Origin: an uncultured Thermoplasmata archaeon
Lineage (GTDB): Archaea > Thermoplasmatota > Thermoplasmata > Lutacidiplasmatales > UBA184
Length of the DNA: 64,000 bases
Assembly (NCBI GenBank): GCA_963713145.1
Contig: CAVQKI010000007.1
Location: 40,435 to 104,434 of the forward strand
Direction of reading: 5' to 3'
Positions within the stretch are counted from its first letter, which is position 1, and each line of letters starts with the position of its first letter. Shown piece by piece: positions 20,578 to 29,978 of the stretch. Made by a program: the position numbers and the translations under genes. The notes beneath the pieces are model-generated. The model was not told where the DNA came from. It ran no database searches and saw only the letters and a list, made by a program, of their open reading frames with translations.

Positions 20578-21129
20578 TCAGGTCGGGGTCCCCGACGGCC
20601 CGAACGGCGATTCGGAAGCTCCCTTGTCCACGAACGGGAGCCACGCCTTCTTCTCGGCAGAAAAGTCGACCCTCTGCAGCTCGACCACGAACTCCTTCAG
20701 CAGCTCGGACGGCGCGGGCCGGATGCTGACGGAGTAGACGTAGATCCCGAACCCCATGAAGTCCGTAACGCGGCGTAGCACCTCGGTGAGGCTCTCGCGC
20801 GGGACGTTCACCCTCACGGAGGTCTCGCCGAGAAGGGTCGAGAAGTCATCCAGGTCGAATGGGCGCTCCAGACGGATCAGGGGCGTGGACGAAGGCGTTG
20901 GCGTGCCGCTCGCGGTCGTGGATGGCGCCGCGGCGGGCGCCGTAGGGAGGCTCCGAGCCGGGACCTGGCGAAGGGGTGGCGGCGGAGCGGGAGCGTTGGC
21001 CCTGGGCGGGTATCGCTCGAGGACGGGCGACGCATCGCGCCCTACGAACCTCACCGGAGCCGGGGACTTAGCGCGCCCCGCCCGTTTTTGCCGTGCCGAC
21101 TTCGCCTTCGCCCGCTTGTTGGTCGCCAT
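20578..21129 (-). CDS. Hypothetical protein with a basic/Pro-rich N-terminus and a compact alpha/beta C-domain
   Basis: Typical codon usage; C-domain DFMGFGIYVYSVSIRP...VVELQRVDF. Confidence 0.65.
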   Translation of the reverse strand: MATNKRAKAKSARQKRAGRAKSPAPVRFVGRDASPVLERYPPRANAPAPPPPLRQVPARSLPTAPAAAPSTTASGTPTPSSTPLIRLERPFDLDDFSTLLGETSVRVNVPRESLTEVLRRVTDFMGFGIYVYSVSIRPAPSELLKEFVVELQRVDFSAEKKAWLPFVDKGASESPFGPSGTPT

Positions 21130-21374
21130 GCGCCCAATCGGCCCAGCCGTCCGCGGCCATAAGCTGCCGCCCACACGGAGCGGGAACCTCCTCGTAGGAA
21201 CTGCCCTCCAAGCCATGGCCCACCGCCCCTTGTAGCGAGTCCGACCGTGCGACTATACGTCACGGGGGGCGGGTTCTGTCGCGGCAAAGACGACAGATTG
21301 GTTATGTAGGGCGGGACTGCTGGGCATGCTAAGCCCGATTGCGAAAGCCGGGCCAAAATGCGAGGAATGCAAAC

Positions 21375-23090
21375 ATGCCAGCGCGAGTGATGAAGGAGTT
21401 CCAGGCGCCCCGCGGCCTACCCCGCAAGACCGCCTCCGTGTGCCCGGAGTGTATCAAGGTCATCCCCGCGGTCGTCCGCGAGAAGGAAGGCCGCGTGATC
21501 ATGGAGAAGACGTGCCGCGCGCACGGCTACTTCTGGGATATCATCTCGAACGACGTCGATTTCTACCTCCGGATGGAGGTCTACGCCCACGACGGGCGTC
21601 GGTTACGAGAACCCCTACTACGACAAGTTCATCGGCTGCCCGACCACGTGCGGAATGTGCAGTCACCACAAGTCCCACACGGGGCTTGCGCTGGTCGACC
21701 TGACGAACCGCTGCAATCTCAAGTGCCCCGTCTGCTTCGCGAACGCGAACGCTGCCGGGTACGTCTTTGAGCCCACCCGCGAGCAGATCTACTTCATGCT
21801 CAAGACCCTGCGAGAGCAGAAGCCGGTCGGCACCGTCGCGGTGCAGTTCTCCGGTGGGGAACCGACCCTTTCGCCGCTGTTCCTGGATGCCGTCACGATG
21901 TCCCGTGACCTCGGCTTCAAGCAGGTCCAGGTCGCCACGAACGGGATCCGTGTCGCGAACGAGCCCGGGTTCGCCCAGGCGTGCCGTGACGCGGGCCTGC
22001 ACACGCTCTACCTGCAGTTCGATGGGCTGGACGACGAGATCTACCCGAAAGGTCCGGGGCGTCCCGCTCCTCAAGGTCAAGCAGAAGGCCATCCAGGCCG
22101 GCCCGGGAGACCCATTCCCCGGCGTCGGACCTGGTTGCGGGCAAGCCGGACAAGCCCCTTTCCGTCGTCCTCGTCCCGACCCTGGTCGGCGGGTTCAACG
22201 AGAAGGAGATCTGGCCGACGGTCAAGTTCGCGATCGACAACATCGATGTCGTCCGCGGCGTCAACTTCCAGCCGGTCGCCCTGACCGCCCGTATCCCCGA
22301 CAAGGACCGGTTCCAGATGCGGTTCACCCAGTCGGACCTCGTCCGGATCCTCTGCACGGAGGGGCCGTTCGACAAGTCGGACTTCTTCCCCGTCCCGTCG
22401 GTCGCTCCGATCTCGGAGCTCGTCTCGATCATCCACGGCGAGGAGAAGATGACCCTCACGACCCACCCCGGCTGCGGCTGCGCTACGTTCGCCTTCATCT
22501 CGAAGGACGGACAGAAGATCACGCCGCTCCCGAGGTTCATGGACGTCGACGGCTTCTTCGAGAACGTCGAGTCGATGATCGAGAAGTACCGGGACGCACG
22601 GTTCGCCCGGGTCCGCACCGCGGTCGCGGGGGCTCGCCTGCTCCACGACGTCGCGAAGTACTTCGACTTCTCGAAGGCCCCGGAGGGCCTGAACGAGAAG
22701 AACTGCGTCAAGGTCATCGCGGGAATCTTCACGGAAGGGAACAAGGAAGCCCTCGCGAAGTTCACCTGGCGCACGCTCTACATCGGGAACATGCACTTCC
22801 AGGACGCGTACGACTACGATATCCAGCGTCTGATGCGCTGCGATATCCACTACGCGGTCCCGGACGGACGGGTCATCCCGTTCTGCTCGTATAACTCGGG
22901 CCCGATCTACCGTACCGAAGTGGAGCGGAAGTTCTCGATCCCGATCCCCGACTGGCAGCGCGCGAAGTCCCAGGGCGGGATCCAGCTGAAGACGATCGAG
23001 ACGATGGGCGTCAACGGCGAGGTCATCGTCGACCCTGAGTACTACAAGGTCCGGGCGCTCAAGGGCGCCCCGGGCATGGCGTCGACCTAG
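21375..23090 (+). CDS. tes: Tetraether lipid synthase (Tes/GDGT-MAS, MJ0619-type radical SAM; 3 indels)
   Basis: N-terminal CPEC..C..HG, CPTTCGMCSHH, DLTNRCNLKCPVCFANA, QFSGGEPT, YLQFDG, NFQPV, MHFQD.YDYD..R..RC.IHYA.PDGR.IPFC. Confidence 0.85.
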
Positions 23091-23617
23091 GTCGAGGGCG
23101 TCGCCCCCGAACCAACCCTTTCCTTCCTCTCTTCTTGGGCACAGCTCCGGGCGAGCAGGCCCGGGGCGACCCAGTCGAAGAGCGAGCTGCCCGGGCGCGC
23201 CAGTTTCCGCACGTCGGCGCCGTGTCCCGGCCCGAGGTCGCCCAGCTTCTGGTCGATCTCCTTCCAGACGTCCACGACCCTGCGCTCGGCTATCGGGTCG
23301 TGCCCTGTCGGCACGACGTCCGGGTTCGCGCGGAGCCACCGTTCGGCCGCCACGATGTGCTTGCACGTCCCGAGGCCGCGACGGGCGAAGTCGGTGCACG
23401 TGCACATCGCCGACGCTTCCGAGGGGAACTCGGGGAACATCACGAGGTAGCTCGTGCGATGGACCGGGTTGCGGACCTCGAGGAGAGGGTAGGCGCGGCG
23501 TGACAGCAGGCGCGCCTCGAGGGGCTCCTCGAGCGCTCGCGACCGCCGGTCGGTGAGCCCCGTCGAGTCCGAGCCCTCCCCCGATGGGGCTACCCGCGCC
23601 CGCTTCTGCCGGACCAT
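23087..23617 (-). CDS. Stand-alone SWIM zinc-finger protein
   Basis: CTCTDFARRGLGTCKH fits the SWIM CxC...CxH pattern. Confidence 0.75.
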   Translation of the reverse strand: MVRQKRARVAPSGEGSDSTGLTDRRSRALEEPLEARLLSRRAYPLLEVRNPVHRTSYLVMFPEFPSEASAMCTCTDFARRGLGTCKHIVAAERWLRANPDVVPTGHDPIAERRVVDVWKEIDQKLGDLGPGHGADVRKLARPGSSLFDWVAPGLLARSCAQEERKERVGSGATPST

Positions 23618-23693
23618 CGGGGCGGGGACCCTGCCCGCGCCCATACCTGCTTCGGCCGGCACGGTTATGTTGGTCGCCGGCGTCGGCGCCCCC

Positions 23694-23930
23694 GTGACCC
23701 AGGGCCCCGCCGCCGAGAGCGCACCCCGACCCTCTTCCCGGAGGCCTCGCCTCTCGAAACAAGCGAAGATCGGGCTGGGACTGCTGTTGACGCTCGTCGG
23801 GCTCTTCCTGCTCGCCGACCTCCTTCCGTCCGCGCCCGGTGCCCTGGTCCGGATGCTGCCGGTCGCGACGGCGGGGATCGCGGCCCTGTGGATCGGTGGG
23901 ATCCTCATGGGAATCGGCAGCCGGTCCTGA
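23694..23930 (+). CDS. Small two-TM membrane protein
   Basis: Two hydrophobic helices; GTTATG promoter-like element about 30 nt upstream. Confidence 0.55.
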   Translation: MTQGPAAESAPRPSSRRPRLSKQAKIGLGLLLTLVGLFLLADLLPSAPGALVRMLPVATAGIAALWIGGILMGIGSRS

Positions 23931-24063
23931 GCCGCGGCTTCCTTCCTCGGCCGGTTCGCCCCTCCATACCCCTTCCAGGACCACCGATCGGGCGCCTCCC
24001 GGCTGAACAGTGGGGGGTCGCGCAGACAGGTTTCTTATAGCGCGGCCCGGGTTCGAGGGTTCG

Positions 24064-24645
24064 ATGGAGTACGTGATCGTCCGGGCGATGCACCCGACCT
24101 GGCTCACGATGCAGCTGCCCACGGAGGTAGCGCAGATGATCCGGTTCGCGCCCGGCGGCGAGGACCCGACACCGGCCAGCCGGTCGATATCGTTCCTCTC
24201 CCGAGGCATCGGGGTCGCTCGGGTCATCGCCACGCACCCCGCCCGGGAGGCGCTCGCGGTCGAAACCGTCCGAGGGCGGCTCCTCTCCAGCGCCCGACCG
24301 GGAGAGCGGCTCCTCTTCACCCTCCCCGCCCCCGTCGTGCAGCACCTCGGGTTGCACGTCTACTCTCGGGGTCCGCGGGTCCGGGGCACTGACGACTCCC
24401 TCGTCTGGTTCCTCGCCGGCCCCCGAGTACCTACGAGTACCGTTCGGTCGTGGAGCGAGGGAAGGCTTGGACGGGACCCTCGGGGGCGCCGTTCGCGCAC
24501 GTGTATCTCGCCAAGTCCCTCCTTCCACCGCCCTACAAGCCCCGGGGAGCTGGCGGAGCTAGAGTTTCGCATCGAGGACGAGGAATGGAGGCCTGGGGTG
24601 GAGGCCCTCCAGCGGGTCGGAAGGGGGCGCCGGGTGGTCCTCTGA
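24064..24645 (+). CDS. Hypothetical protein, possibly duplicated AbrB/SpoVT-like (local indels 24415-24545)
   Basis: TTATA about 25 nt upstream; repeated LTMQLPTEVAQM / LLFTLPAPVVQHLGL motif. Confidence 0.55.
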   Translation: MEYVIVRAMHPTWLTMQLPTEVAQMIRFAPGGEDPTPASRSISFLSRGIGVARVIATHPAREALAVETVRGRLLSSARPGERLLFTLPAPVVQHLGLHVYSRGPRVRGTDDSLVWFLAGPRVPTSTVRSWSEGRLGRDPRGRRSRTCISPSPSFHRPTSPGELAELEFRIEDEEWRPGVEALQRVGRGRRVVL

Positions 24646-24684
24646 GCCTGCGGGAGGGGGGCCGTTTGAAGTGCGTTTTCCCAA

Positions 24685-24694
24685 TTTATATATA
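24685..24694 (+). promoter_or_regulatory. Strong TATA box of the DUF6015-like gene
   Basis: TTTATATATA in a GC-rich background, about 25 nt before ATG 24719. Confidence 0.75.
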
Positions 24695-24718
24695 CCGCCC
24701 CAAAGGATAGATTTGACC

Positions 24719-25381
24719 ATGCGCGGGAATTCGAATCGGACACCGTCGCAGCCGATGTCCAAGAGCTACACGCTCCGCAATCCGGTGCCCCTTCGGACCC
24801 CCGGCGACATCGCGACGACCCGCGCGGGTATCCCGCCGGACTCGACCCTGGCGTCCGGCACCGGCCCGGTTGACTTCGACTCCCTCGCGAAGGCGATCCG
24901 GCGCTCGGTCGGCCATGACGGCATGCGACCGGAGGACGCCCGGACAATCGCCGCCCATGTCCTCAATTTCTTCGGGTTCAACGAGAGGATCATCGACAAT
25001 GTCCTCGAGCCGGACGACCGCGACACGTTCTACATGCTCGAGGACACGGGCATCCTCGAGACCGAGCGCGACGAGACGACCCTGTACGACGGCCGGGAGT
25101 GGCGTATCCACTACTGGATGTTCCGAAAGGACAGGATCTTCGAGCTGGCTCGCGAGGAGTCCGCGGCGATGATCGCGGCCGGCGAGCAGGAGGTCGTCTA
25201 CTCCCGGATCGCCAACCGCTCCGGCGGGTTCCTGCTACCCCACGGCGAGACCGGCACCGGCCTTCCGGCCCACGCGGTCTACCACGAGCTCGGGGACGAG
25301 ATCTGGCTCGAACGGCGACAGAACCCGTTGCCCAGCGCGCCCGCGGGTCCCCGCGGGCGGCGCCCCGCGCACCACGAGTAA
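24719..25381 (+). CDS. DUF6015-like (Thermoplasmata) winged-helix-type protein
   Basis: HVLNFFGFNERIIDNVLEPDDRDTFYMLEDTGILETERDETTLYDGREWRIHYW, recognised from memory. Confidence 0.7.
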   Translation: MRGNSNRTPSQPMSKSYTLRNPVPLRTPGDIATTRAGIPPDSTLASGTGPVDFDSLAKAIRRSVGHDGMRPEDARTIAAHVLNFFGFNERIIDNVLEPDDRDTFYMLEDTGILETERDETTLYDGREWRIHYWMFRKDRIFELAREESAAMIAAGEQEVVYSRIANRSGGFLLPHGETGTGLPAHAVYHELGDEIWLERRQNPLPSAPAGPRGRRPAHHE

Positions 25382-25432
25382 ACCCGGTTCCGCTCCGAGC
25401 GGTTATCCGCACCGTCCGAGTCCCGGACGGCG

Positions 25433-26050
25433 ATGCGACGGTTCCTGGTCCTGGCCCACCGCGTCCCTCCTCGCGGTGAGTTCACCCTCAACGACCTCGC
25501 GGGCGGAGCGGGTCGGATGGACGAGGTCGCGCGGGCGGTGTCGACCGCCTTCACGCTCTCGAACGACCTCCGCCGCGATACGGAGGTCTCGGTGGCCTTC
25601 GTCGCCGAGCCCCCGCCCGCCGCCCGGCGGATCGACATGAGCGGGGCCCGGCTGCGCTACATGAACCCGGACGAGCGCTCGACCGCGGCGCTCCTCAAGA
25701 ACGCCCTCATCCGGGCGGCGAACTTCCCGACCGCCTTCGAGTCTTCGCCCGGGCTCCGGGTCGGCCCAGCCGACCCAGAGACCCTTCTGCGCGAGTTCCT
25801 TGCCCTCCCCGGGGCGATCTGGCTCACCGAGGGCGGCCTGCCGATATCGACCTGGTCGGCCGGCTCGGACAGCGTGGCGGCGGTCGTCTCCGACCCGTAC
25901 GACCCTACCCATGCCGAGCGGCTCCTGCTCGAGCAGAGCGGGGTCCCCCGCATCTCGGTGGGACCCCGTTCGCTCCGCACGAGCCAGGTGATCGACGCGG
26001 TCCACCGGGAGCTCGACCTGCGGGAGGCCGCGGCCCACCCGCCCGCCTAG
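25433..26050 (+). CDS. trmY: tRNA (pseudouridine54-N1)-methyltransferase
   Basis: MRRFLVLAH, FTLNDLAGGAGRMD, AFTLSNDLRRD, LRYMNPDERSTAALL, SPOUT C-terminus ISVGP. Confidence 0.88.
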   Translation: MRRFLVLAHRVPPRGEFTLNDLAGGAGRMDEVARAVSTAFTLSNDLRRDTEVSVAFVAEPPPAARRIDMSGARLRYMNPDERSTAALLKNALIRAANFPTAFESSPGLRVGPADPETLLREFLALPGAIWLTEGGLPISTWSAGSDSVAAVVSDPYDPTHAERLLLEQSGVPRISVGPRSLRTSQVIDAVHRELDLREAAAHPPA

Positions 26051-27081
26051 CGGGCGACGAGCTCGGGGTCGGGGCGCCGGACGCGGGGCGATCGCGTCCC
26101 GCACGGTGCGGGGCTTGAGGCCACCCAGGATCGCCGTCAGTCGAACGACCTCGCGCGGTTCGGGACGAATGCGGGTGCCGAGGACGAGCTGGTCCGGCTC
26201 GTTCAGGCGGGTGCGTATCGAGGTCAGCACCTGGTCAAGCGTGCGGAGCGTGAGGTTGCTCCCGGCCTCGAGGTGAACGAGGACGGAGGGGCGTTCGGGC
26301 AGGCGGAAGTCGAGCAGCGAGTCGTGGAGGGCCTGGTGGACCAGCCGCTCTGGCTCGGAAACGTGGTGCTCCGCGACCACGACCGTGGAGAGCCCCGATT
26401 GCCGCAAGTGGTTCTTCAGGCTCGAAAGGTCGACGTTGAGCTGGGACGGGTTCTCGACCATGTCGACGAGGTTCGCCACCAGCGAGTGGAGGTAGGCGTT
26501 CCGGACCTGGAACGCGCGGTTGATCGGCAACGACTCGAACCTGCGCAGCTTCTCGTTGGCCAGGGCGAGGAGCAGGCCCCCCATCTCCTCGAGGTCCTGG
26601 ACGGTCGCGTCCACGTTGTCGCGCCGACCCGGGTTCGTCTCCAGCTCGACCCGGAACGGGAGGAAGACCACCGGGACCGGGCAGGGTCTCCGTCTCCCGG
26701 AGCGCCTTCGAGAGGTAGGGGAGGAGAGCGCTACCCGTCCCGCCCCCGAGCGCCGGCGAGCAGGAAGACGAGCTCGAATCGCTCCAGTCGGCGAAGGAGC
26801 TCATCCCGGCTCTCCTCCGCGGCCTTGAGAACGAGCGTCCGGTCCCCGCCGCTCCCGCGGCCGCGCAGGACCCGGTGCCCGAGGAGGATCCGCTCCTCGA
26901 CCTTCACGCGGGAGAGGTGAGCGGCGTCCGTGTTGATCGCGATCGCCACCGCGCCCGGAATGCCGAGCGAGACGAGGTCCTCGACCGCCTCGCTCCCCGC
27001 GCCCCCGAGGCCTACGACGGCGACCGACGGCGTTACGGCGAGGGCGCCGAACGCTTCGGGAGTGAGCAGCTGGTCGGACAA
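26047..27081 (-). CDS. ftsZ: Divergent FtsZ (FtsZ2-like position; indels near 26080, 26680, 26750)
   Basis: VVGLGGAG, AINTD, GRGSGGD, LGGGTGS tubulin signature, PF, NEKL, T7 loop NVDLSS; TTG start with GGAGG RBS. Confidence 0.8.
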
Positions 27082-27097
27082 CGGCCCTCCGGGCCCG

Positions 27098-27463
27098 TCA
27101 GGGTGGAGGGGAGCCCTCGGCCGCGACCGCGTCTCCCTCCCTTCGGTGGGCGCGCGTCGGCGGAGCGAGCTGGTCGATGCGGGCCCGGATGTACTCCCGG
27201 ACTGCGGACCGGACCGCGTCGTCAACGCTCACAGAGTTGCCGTCACGGACGAACTCCTCGAGACGGTTGTTGTCCTGCCTCGAGAGCTCGACCACGACCT
27301 TTCGGATGTGCTGGGGTGGAAGGCTGAGCTCGATGAACTGCTCGAGCCCTTCTCGGATCGTGTCGGAGATGGTCGGCGTGCTCTTCAGCTCCTGAACGCG
27401 CTTGAGCTTCTCGAGGAGCTCTTGCGGGATCCGCACCGTGACCCGCTCGGATGTGTCGACCAT
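27098..27463 (-). CDS. Tandem ribbon-helix-helix regulator, CdrS-like
   Basis: Two RHH units (ERVTVRIP...TISDTIREGL and KVVVELS...SVDDAVRSAVREY); directly upstream of ftsZ. Confidence 0.8.
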   Translation of the reverse strand: MVDTSERVTVRIPQELLEKLKRVQELKSTPTISDTIREGLEQFIELSLPPQHIRKVVVELSRQDNNRLEEFVRDGNSVSVDDAVRSAVREYIRARIDQLAPPTRAHRREGDAVAAEGSPPP

Positions 27464-27465
27464 GC

Positions 27466-27498
27466 TTGTCAGACAATAGTGTGTTTTTTGTCTGACGA
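27466..27498. promoter_or_regulatory. Two palindromic sites 22 bp apart (putative RHH operator)
   Basis: TTGTCAGACAA (27466-27476) and TTGTCTGACGA (27488-27498), directly upstream of the RHH start codon. Confidence 0.7.
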
Positions 27499-27575
27499 TT
27501 GACATATCCCACTTTGACTATATGAATCCACGGACGCCGGCGGCCAGCTTATCCTGCGCTCCGGGTCCGCGCACC

Positions 27576-28524
27576 GTGTCGGCGACGCTGAAACCGTTCC
27601 GGGTCAACCCGGCAGCGGCGCTCGCGCTCGTGAAGGCGGCGACCCTCTCTCGAGAGGGTCCGGGCGACGAGGCGACCCGCGTCGTCGCCAAGCTCGAAGG
27701 GGAGCTGAAGACCGACCTGCTGCCGGGCTGCCTCGTTCTCCTTGGCGAGTTCCCGCTAGGGATCGCCGTCTGGCAAGAGCCGTGCTCGCTCGGTGCGACG
27801 GTCGAGCTCCTCTATCTCGTACCGGACGCGGCGTCCACCGATCGGTACCACTGGTTCCTCTCCTCGGTCGAGTCGCTCGTGGGCCCGATCGCGTTCGTTG
27901 GCGGGCCGCTCGGGGGTCTCTCTTCCGGCGAGGAGCGGACCCTGATGACCGGGTTGGGGTACGTCCCGTTCGGTCGGAGCGAGATGCGCCTGAAGGAGGA
28001 TTCCGCGCTGCCGGACACTCCACCGGCGGGAGCCGTTCGGCTCCGGCCGACAAAGCCTCAGCGACGAGGAAGGGATCTCGCGTCTCCATGCCCGGGCGTA
28101 CCGGGGCCAGCTCGACCGCTACCTCTTCTGGAACGAGGCGGACGACGAGCTCGACGCGAAGAAGCACACCGCGGATCTTTTCGGCGGCCGCTGGGGACCG
28201 TTGGTGGAGGGCGGTTCGTGGGTGGCGGAGGAGCCGACCGGGCCGGTCGGCGCCGTCCTCTCGGTCCGGACCTCGGCAGGAGTGCTCATCGCCGATGTGA
28301 TGGTCGACCCCGACAGTCAGGGTCGCGGCCTAGGCCGAGCCATGCTGCTGGCGAGCCTTCGGGCGCTCCGTGCCGCGGGAGACCATGCGGTCTACCTGAA
28401 CGTGACCGAGGGGAACCACGCGGCGGTGCGTCTCTACGAGCGGGTCGGGTTCGTCCGGTCGCTCGGCCCGACCCACGACTGGTACAACGGCCATCGGGTG
28501 CCGGTTCCGGCACCCAAGCCCTAG
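27576..28524 (+). CDS. GNAT-family acetyltransferase, two-domain (frameshift near 28052)
   Basis: VDPDSQGRGLGRAML, LNVTEGNHAAVRLYERVGF. Confidence 0.8.
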
Positions 28525-29878
28525 GCGACGACGGCCTCGTCCGGGGTCGCCTCGCGGGGCTGGTAGCCGAGCCGACGGAGCGCCGCGAACGTGAGGACCA
28601 TCACCACGCCGAGGACGATGATCGCGCCCCCAGCGACCAGGTACGTCCCTCGCACACCGAGGAGGAGAGTGACCAGCCCTCCCGCCAGCTGGCCGAACGG
28701 GACGAGCGCCAGGCTGCCGACCTCGTCGGCGGCGAACACCCGCCCCATCTTCTCGTCCGGCACCGTCGCCTGGACTACGGAAAGGAAGATCGTCGTGATC
28801 ATACCCGGGGCGAATCCGTAGACGAAGATGATCGGGAGCGCGAGATAGATCGACCGGACGAGCGCGAGCGAGAGGATCGCCAGGCCCGTCACGATCACCA
28901 GCGCGATGATGATCCGGCCGGCGCGTGCCTCGAACCGGAGGTGGGATGCGGCGAGAAGACCGCACGCCGAACCCGCGATCGCGGTCGCGACCAAGGCACC
29001 GTACCAGTAGCCCTGGGAGACGCCCAGCCAGCTGGCCAGGTAGAGGGCGAGCTCGACCAGCGCTACCGCCGTGAGGAAGTTGATCACGAGCGATGAGATC
29101 GTCAGCTCGAAGAGGGCCGTGCGGCGAACGATGTAGCGGAACCCCTCCACCATCTCGGCCATCACCGAACGCGTCGGCTCGCGTCGTTCACCGAGAGGTC
29201 CGCCCGCACCCAGAGCAGCGCGACCTGGGCCCCCACGAACAGCGCGAACGGGATGGCGATAGCGTACGATCCGGCTCCGAGGCTCATGGCGACCCCGGCC
29301 GCGACCGTGCCGACGCCGCTCGTGGTCGCGGCGATGGCGTAGATCGTCCCGTTGGCGTGCCCGAGCTCGGCCGTCTCGACCAGTCGGGGAACCGACGTGT
29401 TGAACGCCGGCCGGAAGAGGGTCGAGCTCGCCGCCAGGAGCGCCCAGGACGGGTACGCCAGCAGCACCCAGAGCGGAAGGTAGAATCCCGGGGGCCCGGG
29501 CAGGTTCACGTGGCGCATGGAGGAGACGAGCAGGTCCGCGCCGAGCCCTGCGGTCGCGATGATCGACAGGAGGTTCGCGGTCCGCATCAGGCGGCCCCGG
29601 TCGTGGCGGTCGGCCAGGGGGCCTGAGAACAGGGCCCCCGCGAGGGTTGGGAGCGCGGACGAAAGACCCAGCAGCGCCAGTGCCAGGGCGCCGTACGTCC
29701 CCCACTCGGCGCGAGGGTACGCGAATGCCACGCGGAAGAGGAGGATCACCAGCGCGGTCGAGGGCGCGGCGAACTGGAGGGCTCCGGCCAGGAGGAACGA
29801 CACGAACGACGGGCGGCGGAACAGTTGGGCGTACCCGCCGGAGAAGCTCTCCGTCAAACCGGTCCCGGGACCCCTCAT
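28521..29878 (-). CDS. MFS transporter (frameshift near 29175)
   Basis: GPLADRHDRGRLM motif A, QATVPDEKMGRVF, many TM segments. Confidence 0.85.
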
Positions 29879-29978
29879 CCGCTCGATAAGCGTATCGTCG
29901 GGGCCGTTCGAAGGGGTCGTGGGTCGGGCCGAAACCCGCATGTACGACTCCTCCGTCCGCCGGAGCCGGGAGCCTTGC

